Below, piece by piece: positions 27,746 to 37,546 of a stretch of 60,719 bases of DNA (within the stretch, counting starts at the first letter, position 1; every line of letters starts with the position of its first letter). The stretch is taken from contig JAGAEQ010000005.1 of the NCBI GenBank assembly GCA_017613015.1, forward strand, positions 1 through 60,719, read 5' to 3'. Source of the DNA: Bacteroidales bacterium. GTDB lineage: Bacteria > Bacteroidota > Bacteroidia > Bacteroidales > WCHB1-69. The notes below the pieces were generated by a model, which saw nothing but the letters and a program-made list of their open reading frames with translations, did no database searches and was not told the DNA's origin. The position numbers were made by a program, and so were the translations under genes.

Positions 27746-30700
27746 ATGCAGAACAGAAAAACAGGATTGATTAATGTTTTGTGTATGGGGCTGTTGCTTT
27801 GCATCGGAGGCGGCCTTTACGCACAGAAAACCCAAACCTTTGTGTCGCCCGACGCCGAATGGCGGATGGCTGGCGAACTCTTTGACATGCAACAGTATGG
27901 TGCGGCGAAAAACGCATACATGCAGCTTTTGCGTGCGGAAACGGATCTTCATAGCGCACAGCGGGAGGAGGCCCTTTTCCACGCCGCGATCTGCGCCTGC
28001 CGCCTTTACCACAAGGATGCCGACGCCCTTTGCCGGGAGTTCACAGATTTATACCGTGAGAGCATCCATTGCAGCGAAGTGTACTGGAACCTGGCCAACT
28101 ACCGTTTCAACAGCAACAGCTACGCCTTGGCGCTGCTTGCCTATGAGCAGGTGGACGATCACAGCCTGGATGAGGACAGCCGGTTGGAATACTGCTTCAA
28201 GAAAGGCTATTGCCATTTTTCGCGCGGCGGCTACGACGAGGCCAAGCCCCTGTTCGCCGAGGTGAAGGACAGCGAGAGCCGCTACAGCCGCAAGGCCCTG
28301 TTCTACTATTCCCACATCCTTTATTTGGAGCGCAACGCCCGTTCCGCCTTGGAGGGCTTCGAACGCCTGAAGGAGGAGGAGGGCTATTCCTCCATTGTGC
28401 CTTTTTACATCGCGCAGCTGCACTATTCCTTGGGCGAGTACGCCAAGGTGACGGACGAGGCGGAGGAGTTGCTGGCCAAAAGCACCGAGAAGCGCGTTCC
28501 GGAGATACACCGCATTGTGGCGCAGTCCCACTATTTCCTGGGCCACTACAAGGAAGCCATTCCCCACATGCAGGCCTATTTCTCCAAGGTGGAGATGGCC
28601 ACTTGCGGGGATTACTACTGCTTGGGCTACTGCTATTACATCGAAAAACGCTACGAGGATGCCATCTCCTGCCTGACCCGCGCCATCTGTCGCAACCAGG
28701 ACTCCCTGAACCAGCAGGTGTATTTCGTCATCGGGGACTGCTACCTGCAAACCGGAAAAAAAGAGTTTGCAGCTAACACCTTCTACGCCGCCTACGAGCT
28801 GAAAAAGGACCCCTACCTGACGGAGGACGCGCTCTACATCTACGCCCAATTGCAGTATGAGCTTTCGGCCAACCCTTTCTCCAACGCCATTTCCGCTTTT
28901 GAGAAATACATCAACGAATACCCGAAGGCGGCACGCCGCAGCGAGGCCGAGCAGCACCTTTCCGACATCTACATGACCACCCGCAACTATTCGGCGGCCA
29001 TCGCCTCTTTAGAGAAAATCACGCACCGCTCCGCCCGTTTGAACGAAGCCTACCAGCGCGTGCTTTGCTACAAGGGCATGGAGTGCTACAATGCCGGAAA
29101 ATACGCGGATGCACGCCGCTACTTCAAGCAGTCCATGGACAACAACTACCTTTCCGAAGTGTATTCCCAGTGCCTGTATTGGACCGGCGAATCCTATTAC
29201 CAGGAGGGGGATTTCGCCGCTGCGGGCGAGGCCTACAACCGCTTTTTCGCCTCCGAAGGGGCTTCCCGCACCCCGGAGTTCCTGCCCGCCTACTACAGCG
29301 CGGGTTACGCCCATTTCAAGCAAAGACAGTATGCGCATGCGCTCACCAAATTCCAGACCTATGAGAGCCGCAAGGGCTTCGGGGACAACCAGCAGCTGGC
29401 CTCCGACGTGTACAACCGCATCGGCGACTGCTGCTTCATGCTTTCCGACCTGAACAAGGCGCAGCAGTATTACGGCAAAACCGTCAGCATAGGCGTGTAC
29501 GATGTGGACTACGCGCTTTACCAGCGGGCGGAGTCTATGGGCGGCCTGTACAAATACGATGAGAAAATCGCCCTGATGGGGCAGCTGCGCGAACGCTACC
29601 CGGCTTCCGGCTACGCTTCGGACGCGCTGATGGAAATGGCCGACACCTACCTTTCCAAAGGCAGTTCCGACAAGGCGGCGGAACTGTATTCGGACTATGT
29701 GCAGCGTTACCCGCAGAACCAGCGCACCAAGGAGGTGCTGCTCAAACTGGGCCTGCTCTATTTCAATGCCGAGGACGATGAGAACGCCTTGCGCATCTTC
29801 AAGCGGATAGTGCAGGACTACCCCAAGACCAAGGAGTCGGCCACGGCCTTGAAGAACATCGAGAACATTTATTCCATTGCGGGCAATGTGGAGGAGTTTT
29901 TCGCTTACGTGCGCAACGTCTCCTACGCTAACATCACGCCGGAAACCCAAGATTCCATCACCTACCACTCCGCTGCCGACAAGTACTACAACAAGCAGTT
30001 CCCCGAGGCGGAAAAGGGCTTCAACGCCTATATCGAGAAATTTCCGGAAGGCGTGTTCGCCACCCATGCCCATTTTTATCTGGCGGAGTGCAAGATGCGT
30101 CGCTCCCACCTGAACGAGGCCCTGAGCGATTACGAATACGTGATTGCACATCCTTTGGACCAGTTTGAGGCCACCGCGCTGCTGAACGCTGCCGACATCC
30201 ACACCAAGAACAAGAACTACCGTTCCGCCATCGCCTGCTACCAGCGTTTGCAGCAGATGGACCTGCTGCCCTCCACCAAGGAGTCCACGGCTTTGGGGCT
30301 GATGCGGGCCTACGTGGCCGATTCCAACGCCAACAGTGCCATCATCATGGCCAAAACCCTGCTGGGCATGGACAAAATCTCCGCCGAAGTGCGGGAGGAG
30401 GCGCATGCGGTCATCGCCCGCTCCTCGGTTTCGCTGAAGGACTGGCAGCAGGCCGCCCGGGAGTTCGAGTGGCTTTCCCAGAACTCCAAGTCGGAATACG
30501 CCTCAGAGGCCCTGTACATGCTGGCCAACATGGAATATTTGCAAGGCAATCTGGACCAAGCGGAAAAGAAAGTGTTTGAAGTGTTGGTCAATATCGCTTA
30601 CGAATACTGGTCGGTGAAGAGCTACATCCTTTTGGGGGACATCTACGCCGAAAAGGGGAACACCTTCCAGGCCAAGCACACCTACCTCAGCATCATTGAC

Positions 30701-30844
30701 AATTACGACGGGGAGGAGCTGCGCACCCTGGCTTTGAACAAGTACAATTCCCTGCTGGCCCAGGAGGAGGCCGCCGGAAAGCAGCGGCAGCAGTTGCAGG
30801 AGGATTTGGACAAACAGAACAATAATATAGAATTAGGCAATTAG
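27746..30844 (+). CDS. Large exported tetratricopeptide repeat protein (~1030 aa)
   Basis: Signal peptide ending GLYA-Q, then continuous TPR pattern (G..Y......A...F/Y, 'YP' turns). Confidence 0.9.
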   Translation: MQNRKTGLINVLCMGLLLCIGGGLYAQKTQTFVSPDAEWRMAGELFDMQQYGAAKNAYMQLLRAETDLHSAQREEALFHAAICACRLYHKDADALCREFTDLYRESIHCSEVYWNLANYRFNSNSYALALLAYEQVDDHSLDEDSRLEYCFKKGYCHFSRGGYDEAKPLFAEVKDSESRYSRKALFYYSHILYLERNARSALEGFERLKEEEGYSSIVPFYIAQLHYSLGEYAKVTDEAEELLAKSTEKRVPEIHRIVAQSHYFLGHYKEAIPHMQAYFSKVEMATCGDYYCLGYCYYIEKRYEDAISCLTRAICRNQDSLNQQVYFVIGDCYLQTGKKEFAANTFYAAYELKKDPYLTEDALYIYAQLQYELSANPFSNAISAFEKYINEYPKAARRSEAEQHLSDIYMTTRNYSAAIASLEKITHRSARLNEAYQRVLCYKGMECYNAGKYADARRYFKQSMDNNYLSEVYSQCLYWTGESYYQEGDFAAAGEAYNRFFASEGASRTPEFLPAYYSAGYAHFKQRQYAHALTKFQTYESRKGFGDNQQLASDVYNRIGDCCFMLSDLNKAQQYYGKTVSIGVYDVDYALYQRAESMGGLYKYDEKIALMGQLRERYPASGYASDALMEMADTYLSKGSSDKAAELYSDYVQRYPQNQRTKEVLLKLGLLYFNAEDDENALRIFKRIVQDYPKTKESATALKNIENIYSIAGNVEEFFAYVRNVSYANITPETQDSITYHSAADKYYNKQFPEAEKGFNAYIEKFPEGVFATHAHFYLAECKMRRSHLNEALSDYEYVIAHPLDQFEATALLNAADIHTKNKNYRSAIACYQRLQQMDLLPSTKESTALGLMRAYVADSNANSAIIMAKTLLGMDKISAEVREEAHAVIARSSVSLKDWQQAAREFEWLSQNSKSEYASEALYMLANMEYLQGNLDQAEKKVFEVLVNIAYEYWSVKSYILLGDIYAEKGNTFQAKHTYLSIIDNYDGEELRTLALNKYNSLLAQEEAAGKQRQQLQEDLDKQNNNIELGN

Positions 30845-30855
30845 AACATAGAAAA

Positions 30856-32589
30856 ATGAAAAAACACCGCGTTATGCACAGAGCTTTCGGCACCGGTCTC
30901 TGCCTGCTTTGCCTTTTGGCGGCGGCTGAAGTATCCGGACAGTCCCAGTACGACGTTGTCGTGAAATCGGCTTTCAGTCCGGTGATTCAGGATGCCCAGA
31001 AAAAACTGACCTTCCCCGCCCGGATTTCGGACTCCGTGGCACCCCGTCCGACAATGGACTATTCCTTGCAGGTGCGTCCCTACAAGACCCGTTTCGAGCC
31101 GGACCCCATCATCGCGCCCCGCGTGGGGAAAGACAAAATCTCCCGCCTGTACAGGCATTCGGTCAAGGCCGGATTCGGCTACCTGCAACCCCTGTTGGCG
31201 TATGACTTCAATTCCCTGCGCTCCACGCACCAGGCCTTCGGGGCGCATGTGTACAGCCACGCCTCCTTCGACCAAGTGAAGGATTGCGCGCCCTCCAGCT
31301 ATGCGGAAAACACCGTGGCCCTGTATGCGGAGCAGTACCGCCCCCATTTCGTGCTGCGGGAGGAGGCCTCCTATGCCTTCGACTGGTTCCATTGCTACGG
31401 CTATCCCGCCGATTCCCTGAAAAAGCGTTTCGGCTGGTCGCAGTCCGCTTCCGACAACGTTCGTTCCTACCACAGGGCGCATGCCGGCATGATGGCCTAC
31501 ACGCCCGCGACAAAAAAGAATGTCTCGTGGCAGCAGCGTTACGCCGGGAGCTACGACCTGCTCTATGACAATTACCATTCCGTCGAGCACCAGCTGTATG
31601 CCGAGGCCGGACTGGACAAACGCCTGATGGTCTCCCGGGTGGACATGCTGCGTGTGGGCGGTGTGTTCACCATGCAGTACGGGCACAACGACTGGCGCCT
31701 TTCCTCCCGTCAAGCCGACTCCTGGGTGTTTAACCTGCATCCGCGCATGCAATGGGAGGAGGGCAACCTGAAACTGGACGCCGGTGCGGCTCTTTCCGTC
31801 GGTTTGCTCAACAGTGAATCCTCGGTGGCGCTTTTCCCCAAGGTGAACGCCACCTGGAACCTTGTGCCCGGGGTGCTGGCTTTCTACGCCGGCGCGGACG
31901 GGGAGATGGACAAGGATTCCTATCAGGCGATTTCCTTGGAAAACCCCTTCCTGATTCCGGAGCTTGATTTGGGCATCGACCGCATCTACCGCTTGTATGT
32001 GGGCACCAAGACCAACCTTTCCCAGCGGCTTGCCTTTGGGGCCAGAATCGGCTGGGAGAATCATACGGAGCTGGACTATTTCATGCCGGACACTTCCGTG
32101 ACGGCTTGGGTGGACACCAACCGCATCCGCCTCTACCATCAGTTTGACTTCAAGGACGCCGCAGCCTCTTTGGCCGCCCTGCATGTGGACGCCGCCTACC
32201 GCTACAAGGAGCTGTTCTCCATCAAGGTGGATTTCGACTATTACAGCTATATGACTGCCGACACCGTGACCCTGTACTACCGTCCGCAGTATGTGCTGGG
32301 CATTTCCGCCGACTATTCCTTGAAGCAGAAAGTGAACATCGGCTTGAGTGCCGTGTGGAAGGATGAAATGTACACGCCCGTTTTCGAGGACGGGAAAGTG
32401 GTCGGCAAGGAGGAGCTTCCGCTCTGGTTTGATCTGAGCCTGAACGCCGAATACCTCTGGAGCAACCGTTTGCGCTTCTTTGTGGATTTGAACAACCTTT
32501 TGGGCCGGAGCAATCCCATGTACGCCTATTATCGCACCGAACGTTTCAACTGCCTGTTCGGCCTGAAATACATTTTCGGCGGGGAATAG
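30856..32589 (+). CDS. Outer-membrane beta-barrel protein (often annotated TonB-dependent receptor-like, but no plug domain)
   Basis: Signal peptide, V.K.F.P.I.DA.K N-terminal motif, alternating aromatic beta strands, and an NNLL...G.KY.F C-terminus. Confidence 0.75.
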   Translation: MKKHRVMHRAFGTGLCLLCLLAAAEVSGQSQYDVVVKSAFSPVIQDAQKKLTFPARISDSVAPRPTMDYSLQVRPYKTRFEPDPIIAPRVGKDKISRLYRHSVKAGFGYLQPLLAYDFNSLRSTHQAFGAHVYSHASFDQVKDCAPSSYAENTVALYAEQYRPHFVLREEASYAFDWFHCYGYPADSLKKRFGWSQSASDNVRSYHRAHAGMMAYTPATKKNVSWQQRYAGSYDLLYDNYHSVEHQLYAEAGLDKRLMVSRVDMLRVGGVFTMQYGHNDWRLSSRQADSWVFNLHPRMQWEEGNLKLDAGAALSVGLLNSESSVALFPKVNATWNLVPGVLAFYAGADGEMDKDSYQAISLENPFLIPELDLGIDRIYRLYVGTKTNLSQRLAFGARIGWENHTELDYFMPDTSVTAWVDTNRIRLYHQFDFKDAAASLAALHVDAAYRYKELFSIKVDFDYYSYMTADTVTLYYRPQYVLGISADYSLKQKVNIGLSAVWKDEMYTPVFEDGKVVGKEELPLWFDLSLNAEYLWSNRLRFFVDLNNLLGRSNPMYAYYRTERFNCLFGLKYIFGGE

Positions 32590-32590
32590 C

Positions 32591-33673
32591 ATGTACGTAA
32601 AGGAAATACGTCTCATCAACTTCAAGAACTACGAGGAGGGGCGTTTCAGTTTTCTCCCGGGTTTGAACGCCGTCAGCGGAAAAAACGGCATCGGCAAGAC
32701 CAATTTGCTGGACGCGGTGCATTACCTGTCCATGTGCAAAAGCTATTATACCGCCACCGACCAGCAGAATATCCGCCACGGCGCCGATTTTTTCGCCATC
32801 CACGCGGTGGTGGCGGAGGAAGGCGGGGAGGAGGCGAAACTGTCGTGCATACAGCAGCGAAATGCGCACAAAGTATTTAAAATAAATCAAAAAGAATACG
32901 AACGCCTTTCTGATCACATCGGGCGTTTCCCCTCGGTGATGATTTCCCCTTACGACCAGGATTACATTCAGGGCGGGAGCGAGGCGCGGCGGCGTTATTT
33001 CGACAGCGTGATTTCCCAGTACGACCGCAGCTACTTGGAGGCACTGGTGCAGTACAACAAGGTGCTTTTGCAGCGCAACGCCCTGTTGAAGCAGGCCTAC
33101 GAGCGTTCCTCCCTGCGTGCGGAGGATTTCGAGGTCTGGGACGACCGCTTGGTGCTGTTCGGCGAACGTGTCCATGCCGTGCGCGTCCGCTTTTTGGAGG
33201 AGTTTCTGCCGGTTTTCACCCGTTATTTCCAGCAAATCGCCGATGAGGGCGAAACGGCGGACATCCGCTACGAAAGCACGCTGAACGAGCAGCCGATGGC
33301 AGCCTCCCTGCGGGAATCCATGCAGCGGGACTACTATGCCGGACACACATCGTGCGGCATCCACAAGGACGATTTCCTGTTTTTGTGCAATACTTATCCG
33401 GTCAAAAAATACTGTTCCCAAGGGCAGCGGAAAACCTTCCTGATTGCCCTGAAACTGGCTCAGTTCGAGTATATACAGAAGGTGAAGCAAATGAAGCCGC
33501 TGCTACTGTTGGACGATGTTTTCGACCGCCTGGATCACCGCCGGGTGCAATGCTTGACCCAATTGGTGGCGCAGGAACAGTTCGGGCAGGTCTTTCTGAC
33601 GGACACGCATGCGGAACGCCTGGAGGCAGTCTGTGCCGCCACCGGCCTTCCGTGCAGCTATTTGCATTTATAG
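32591..33673 (+). CDS. recF: DNA replication and repair protein RecF
   Basis: Motifs NFKNY, GKNGIGKTN, QRNALLK, G.HKDD, SQGQ and LLLDD. Confidence 0.96.
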   Translation: MYVKEIRLINFKNYEEGRFSFLPGLNAVSGKNGIGKTNLLDAVHYLSMCKSYYTATDQQNIRHGADFFAIHAVVAEEGGEEAKLSCIQQRNAHKVFKINQKEYERLSDHIGRFPSVMISPYDQDYIQGGSEARRRYFDSVISQYDRSYLEALVQYNKVLLQRNALLKQAYERSSLRAEDFEVWDDRLVLFGERVHAVRVRFLEEFLPVFTRYFQQIADEGETADIRYESTLNEQPMAASLRESMQRDYYAGHTSCGIHKDDFLFLCNTYPVKKYCSQGQRKTFLIALKLAQFEYIQKVKQMKPLLLLDDVFDRLDHRRVQCLTQLVAQEQFGQVFLTDTHAERLEAVCAATGLPCSYLHL

Positions 33674-33675
33674 CC

Positions 33676-35376
33676 TTATTCCATCTTCCGCAGCCCGGCT
33701 TCCAGTCGGCGGACGGCCGCAGCCGCGTTGGTGCGGGGGTCGTAGGTAATGTGCCGGAAGGGGGCGAGCAGTGCCTGTAGCTTTTTCGCTTGCGCCGGGT
33801 TTGCGTTCTCCATCAACATCCGGATTTTCTCAAAGTCTTGAATGCCTTGCACTAAACGTTCGAAACGCAAACTGCTTCCGGTCGGGTAGACTAAATAGCA
33901 GTCGCCGCCGTACCATTTGCGGAAGCGGCTGTCGGTGCACGGGTTCTTCACCCAGCTGTTGTAGGCCCAGCGGAGGTATCCGTCAAAACCCAGGGCGGCG
34001 GCGTGGATGCCGAGCCATGTGGCTTCCGCAGGCGGGGAAAAGGTGAAAGTGTTGGGCCGGTCCGGTGCGCAGCAGGTGTAGAAGGTGGTGCGCAGTCGGC
34101 TGTTGCGACGGGTGTCCACCACTTGCGCCGGAATGCCCGCGTGGTCGTAAATCAGGCTGATGTCGTACATCAGCGGCACCAGTTTCTCTATTTCCGGAGA
34201 ATAGTTGACCGCTCCTTTGACACGGAAGCCCGGGTCCGCCCGACGGACAATCTCAAAAGCGGCACGGAACTGGTCCATGGGACGTTCGTCCATGGCGATG
34301 CAGGTGCGCTCAAACCATCCCTTGGTTTTCAGGTGTTTGGCGAAATCGGTCAGAAAGGGAAGGATGTAGTCCTCGTAGGCTTTTTCGCCAGGCTTGCAGG
34401 CGATGTGCTTCAAGGTGCCGCTGGCCATGTCGAGGTATTCGAAAGTGTATCCCCAAGGGACAATGGTATAGCAGTCAATCTGTTCGGTGACGCCGCAGGA
34501 GAACATGAACTCCACCCAGCGGTCAAATACCTGGTAGTTGTAGCTCCAGCTTCCGTCGATGTTTTTCATTTTCAACACCATGCTTTCAAAAGGATCTTCG
34601 GTCTGGCTGTTCCACGGATGCTGCATGATGCTGGTGGTGATGACTTTGCCACCGGCTTCCGCGTAAGCTTCCATGAGGGGGCGCAGGCGCTGGAAATGCT
34701 CCTCGCTCCACAAGGGGACATCGAAATATCTCGCCACGGCGTAAGGATTTTGCCACAAATCCAGGTGAAATTTCCAGTCTTTGGGTTCCGGAAGGCTGCG
34801 TTGGCTGACAATCAGGGTGTAGCTGAGCTCCTGCACGCCTCCGGCATAGGAGACGCGGATGCTTCCCTGGTACTTGCCCGCTGCGGCGTCGCGGGGCACG
34901 CGGACGGAAAGCCACAAGGGGCGCACACTGTGTCCGGCAACCTTGCATTGGGGTTCAGGGTCTAAGCGGTCCGCCATCAGAAAGGAGTCGTTGCGGTTGC
35001 CGTAATGGTCTGTCATGACGTAGTGCACAAAACTTGGCTGCACACACGCCGCCGGGATGCGTTGGCTACCGCAGCGCAAGTCGCTGGCTTCTACGGAAAT
35101 CTGCATGTCTTCCGGTGCGACGAACACCGCCTGTACGCTCACCCTTTCGCCCTTCCAGGCGTACAGAACGGGTGCCTTTTCGGCGGAAGGCACCTGATGC
35201 CGCGCATAGCGCACGTCTGTGGAACCCCAGACAAACAATGGTTTGCGGATGTTGTTCCAGGCTTCTTGCGGGCCGGGTTTGGGGTCCGGCAATTCGTTCA
35301 AATCAGGTTGCGCCCCGACGGGAGACAGCAGGTTTTGCAGGAAAAAAAAGCTTAAAAGCAATAAAAATCTCTTCAT
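33676..35376 (-). CDS. Glycoside hydrolase family 123-like (DUF4091) protein, probable beta-N-acetylgalactosaminidase
   Basis: Signal peptide and motifs AWKGE, LDLWQNP, AMDER (adjacent D-E catalytic pair), GYLRWAYN, GD..LVYP and SSLR...L..GIQDFEK. Confidence 0.8.
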   Translation of the reverse strand: MKRFLLLLSFFFLQNLLSPVGAQPDLNELPDPKPGPQEAWNNIRKPLFVWGSTDVRYARHQVPSAEKAPVLYAWKGERVSVQAVFVAPEDMQISVEASDLRCGSQRIPAACVQPSFVHYVMTDHYGNRNDSFLMADRLDPEPQCKVAGHSVRPLWLSVRVPRDAAAGKYQGSIRVSYAGGVQELSYTLIVSQRSLPEPKDWKFHLDLWQNPYAVARYFDVPLWSEEHFQRLRPLMEAYAEAGGKVITTSIMQHPWNSQTEDPFESMVLKMKNIDGSWSYNYQVFDRWVEFMFSCGVTEQIDCYTIVPWGYTFEYLDMASGTLKHIACKPGEKAYEDYILPFLTDFAKHLKTKGWFERTCIAMDERPMDQFRAAFEIVRRADPGFRVKGAVNYSPEIEKLVPLMYDISLIYDHAGIPAQVVDTRRNSRLRTTFYTCCAPDRPNTFTFSPPAEATWLGIHAAALGFDGYLRWAYNSWVKNPCTDSRFRKWYGGDCYLVYPTGSSLRFERLVQGIQDFEKIRMLMENANPAQAKKLQALLAPFRHITYDPRTNAAAAVRRLEAGLRKME

Positions 35377-35388
35377 GGTATGTGGTGA

Positions 35389-35955
35389 TTATGGGTTTGT
35401 TTTCAAAGGGATACGGGTCAGCTCTCCGGGGTCGTCGCAAGCTTGCAACAGGCTTTGCGCGTCGCGGTGCAGCAGGGGGTGGACCCATTCGGGGCAAATG
35501 TCGCAGATTGGCTGTAACACAAAACGGCGCCGGTGCAGCAGGGGATGGGGCAAGCTCAGCCGGTCGTGTTGCAGCACAAGGTCGTCGTAGGCAATCAGGT
35601 CAATGTCCAAGGGACGGTCCTGATAGTGCCCGTCGGCGCTTTTCGTGTGCCGGCCTGCCGCCTTTTCCAACTCCTGCGCAATCCTCAGCGCCTCCAAAGG
35701 TTCTAAGCGGGTTAGCACCAAGGCGGCCGCGTTCACAAAGTCATGGGCGGATTGGAAACCCCAGGGGCGGCTTCGGTAGTAGGGGGAGACGCGTGCCACT
35801 TTTCCCATTTTCGCTTCCAATTGCGGCCACAGCTCGTCAAGGCGGCGAGGAATGTCCCCCAGGTTGCCGCCCACGGAAAGCAGCAGCTTGTGCATGTCGG
35901 CGGTGTCGCAGGCCGTTTGGCGCGGGGGACGGGCGTTTCCGGTGGCTGTCTCCAT
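35389..35955 (-). CDS. folK: 2-amino-4-hydroxy-6-hydroxymethyldihydropteridine diphosphokinase
   Basis: Motifs G.NLGD, PWGF, F.NAA, E...GR, DRPLDIDL, LPHP and RRFVL.P. Alternative start at 35895. Confidence 0.93.
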   Translation of the reverse strand: METATGNARPPRQTACDTADMHKLLLSVGGNLGDIPRRLDELWPQLEAKMGKVARVSPYYRSRPWGFQSAHDFVNAAALVLTRLEPLEALRIAQELEKAAGRHTKSADGHYQDRPLDIDLIAYDDLVLQHDRLSLPHPLLHRRRFVLQPICDICPEWVHPLLHRDAQSLLQACDDPGELTRIPLKTNP

Positions 35956-35993
35956 GCGGTATGTTTATGTGTAAAAATCAGACAAACAACATT

Positions 35994-37225
35994 CTATTGA
36001 ACTTCTCCGTTCAGTATCACGGTCTCCACTTTGTTGCTGCCGAAGGCGTAGGGCATGAATTCATAAGTGGGGATGGGCTTGGTGATGTAGAGGTTGGCGG
36101 TTTTTCCCTTGGCGATGCTGCCCAATTGGTCCGAGCAATCCATGGCGTAGGCCGTGTTCAGGGTGGTGGCGTTGATGGCTTCCTCCGGTGTCATGCGGTA
36201 ATTGACGCAGGCCATGGAGAGCATCAGCTGCATGTTTCCCGAAGGCGAGGAGCCGGGGTTGAAGTCGGAGGCGATGGCGACCGGCAGTCCGGCTTCCATC
36301 ATGCGGCGCGCCGGTGCGTAGGGCATGTTCAGGAAGAAAGCCGCGCCGGGCAGAATGGTCGGCATGGTGTCCGAACCCTTGAGCGCGGCGATTTCCTCAT
36401 CTTCCGTATATTCAATGTGATCCACGGATAGCGCGTGGTATTTCGTTCCGGCTTGTATGCCGCCGGAGCGGGCCATTTCGTTGGCATGGATTTTCGGGCG
36501 CAGCCCGTAGCGCAGCCCGGCCTCCATCATGCGTTCCGTTTCATCGACGGTGAAAAATCCCTTGTCGCAGAACACGTCAAGGAAGTCTGCAAGCCCCTCA
36601 CTGGCCACTCGGGGAATCATCTCCTTGATAATCAAATCTACATAAGCTCCCTGACGACCCAAATATTCCTTGGGAACGGCGTGGGCGCCTAAAAAGGTGG
36701 CCTTGACGGTCAGGGGCGAAGTCTCCTTCAGGCGGCGGATCACCCGCAGCATCTTCAGCTCGTTTTCCGTGTCCAAGCCGTAGCCGCTTTTGATTTCCAC
36801 GGCTCCGGTGCCGTAGGATTTCATCTCCTCCAGGCGGGCGAAGGCGGCTTCGTAAAGGGATTCCTCCGAGTCCTCGCGCAGGCGTTGGCAGGAGTTCAGT
36901 ATGCCCCCGCCGCGTTTGGCGATTTCCTCGTAGGACAATCCGCGGATTTTGTCAATGTATTCGATTTCCCGGCTGCCGCTGTACACAATGTGGGTGTGGG
37001 AGTCGCAGAAGCAGGGGAACACCATTCTTCCCGTGGCGTCGATGCTGCGTTCCGCACGCTTTTCCTTCAGCTCCCGCATGGGGCCGAATTCCTTGATGCG
37101 GCCGTTCTCAATCAGCAGGTAGGCGTCCGTAATGGTGTGCAGGGTTTGCATGTCTTTGCCGGCGCGGAAACGGACCGGTTGCGCTTCCGTTGGATAAGTT
37201 GTTTGATGTTTTTGATGAGAAGCAT
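35994..37225 (-). CDS. hutI: Imidazolonepropionase. The natural ATG (37225) is out of frame by one base near 37190 (sequencing error or pseudogene).
   Basis: Motifs DSHTH, GGGI, EIKSGYGL, GAHA, DVFCD, IHANE, DH.E and SDFNPG. The N-terminus MLLIKNIKQLIQ lies in a different frame from TEAQPVRF. Confidence 0.9.
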
Positions 37226-37546
37226 GGCGGTATGTTTTTGTAAATGTGGTGTATACGTTTGTCTTTTTTGATGTTGCGAAGATAGTCAAAAAGGGGATGT
37301 GAAGCCGCTGGAATACGGATTTTTTTCATTTCGCCCCAGGGGAGTGCGTCGGAATTGAATCTACATGCCGCAAAAAAACAGCTGATGTGCAATAATTCAT
37401 CAATCGTGACGTTATATCAGTATGTTGAAAAAGAGATTACGCCTATTTGGAAGAGGAAATAATTCATTCACAACAGCTGAACAAAAGTAACAAAAAATGA
37501 CACTAAGTGAAGATGAGGTTGTTTTGATTGAAAACGCCAAAGTAAT

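Noticed and set aside
30856-32589. SusC/TonB-dependent transporter of a polysaccharide utilisation locus
   Set aside because: Too short, no plug or SusC motifs, and no susD or sensor gene adjacent.
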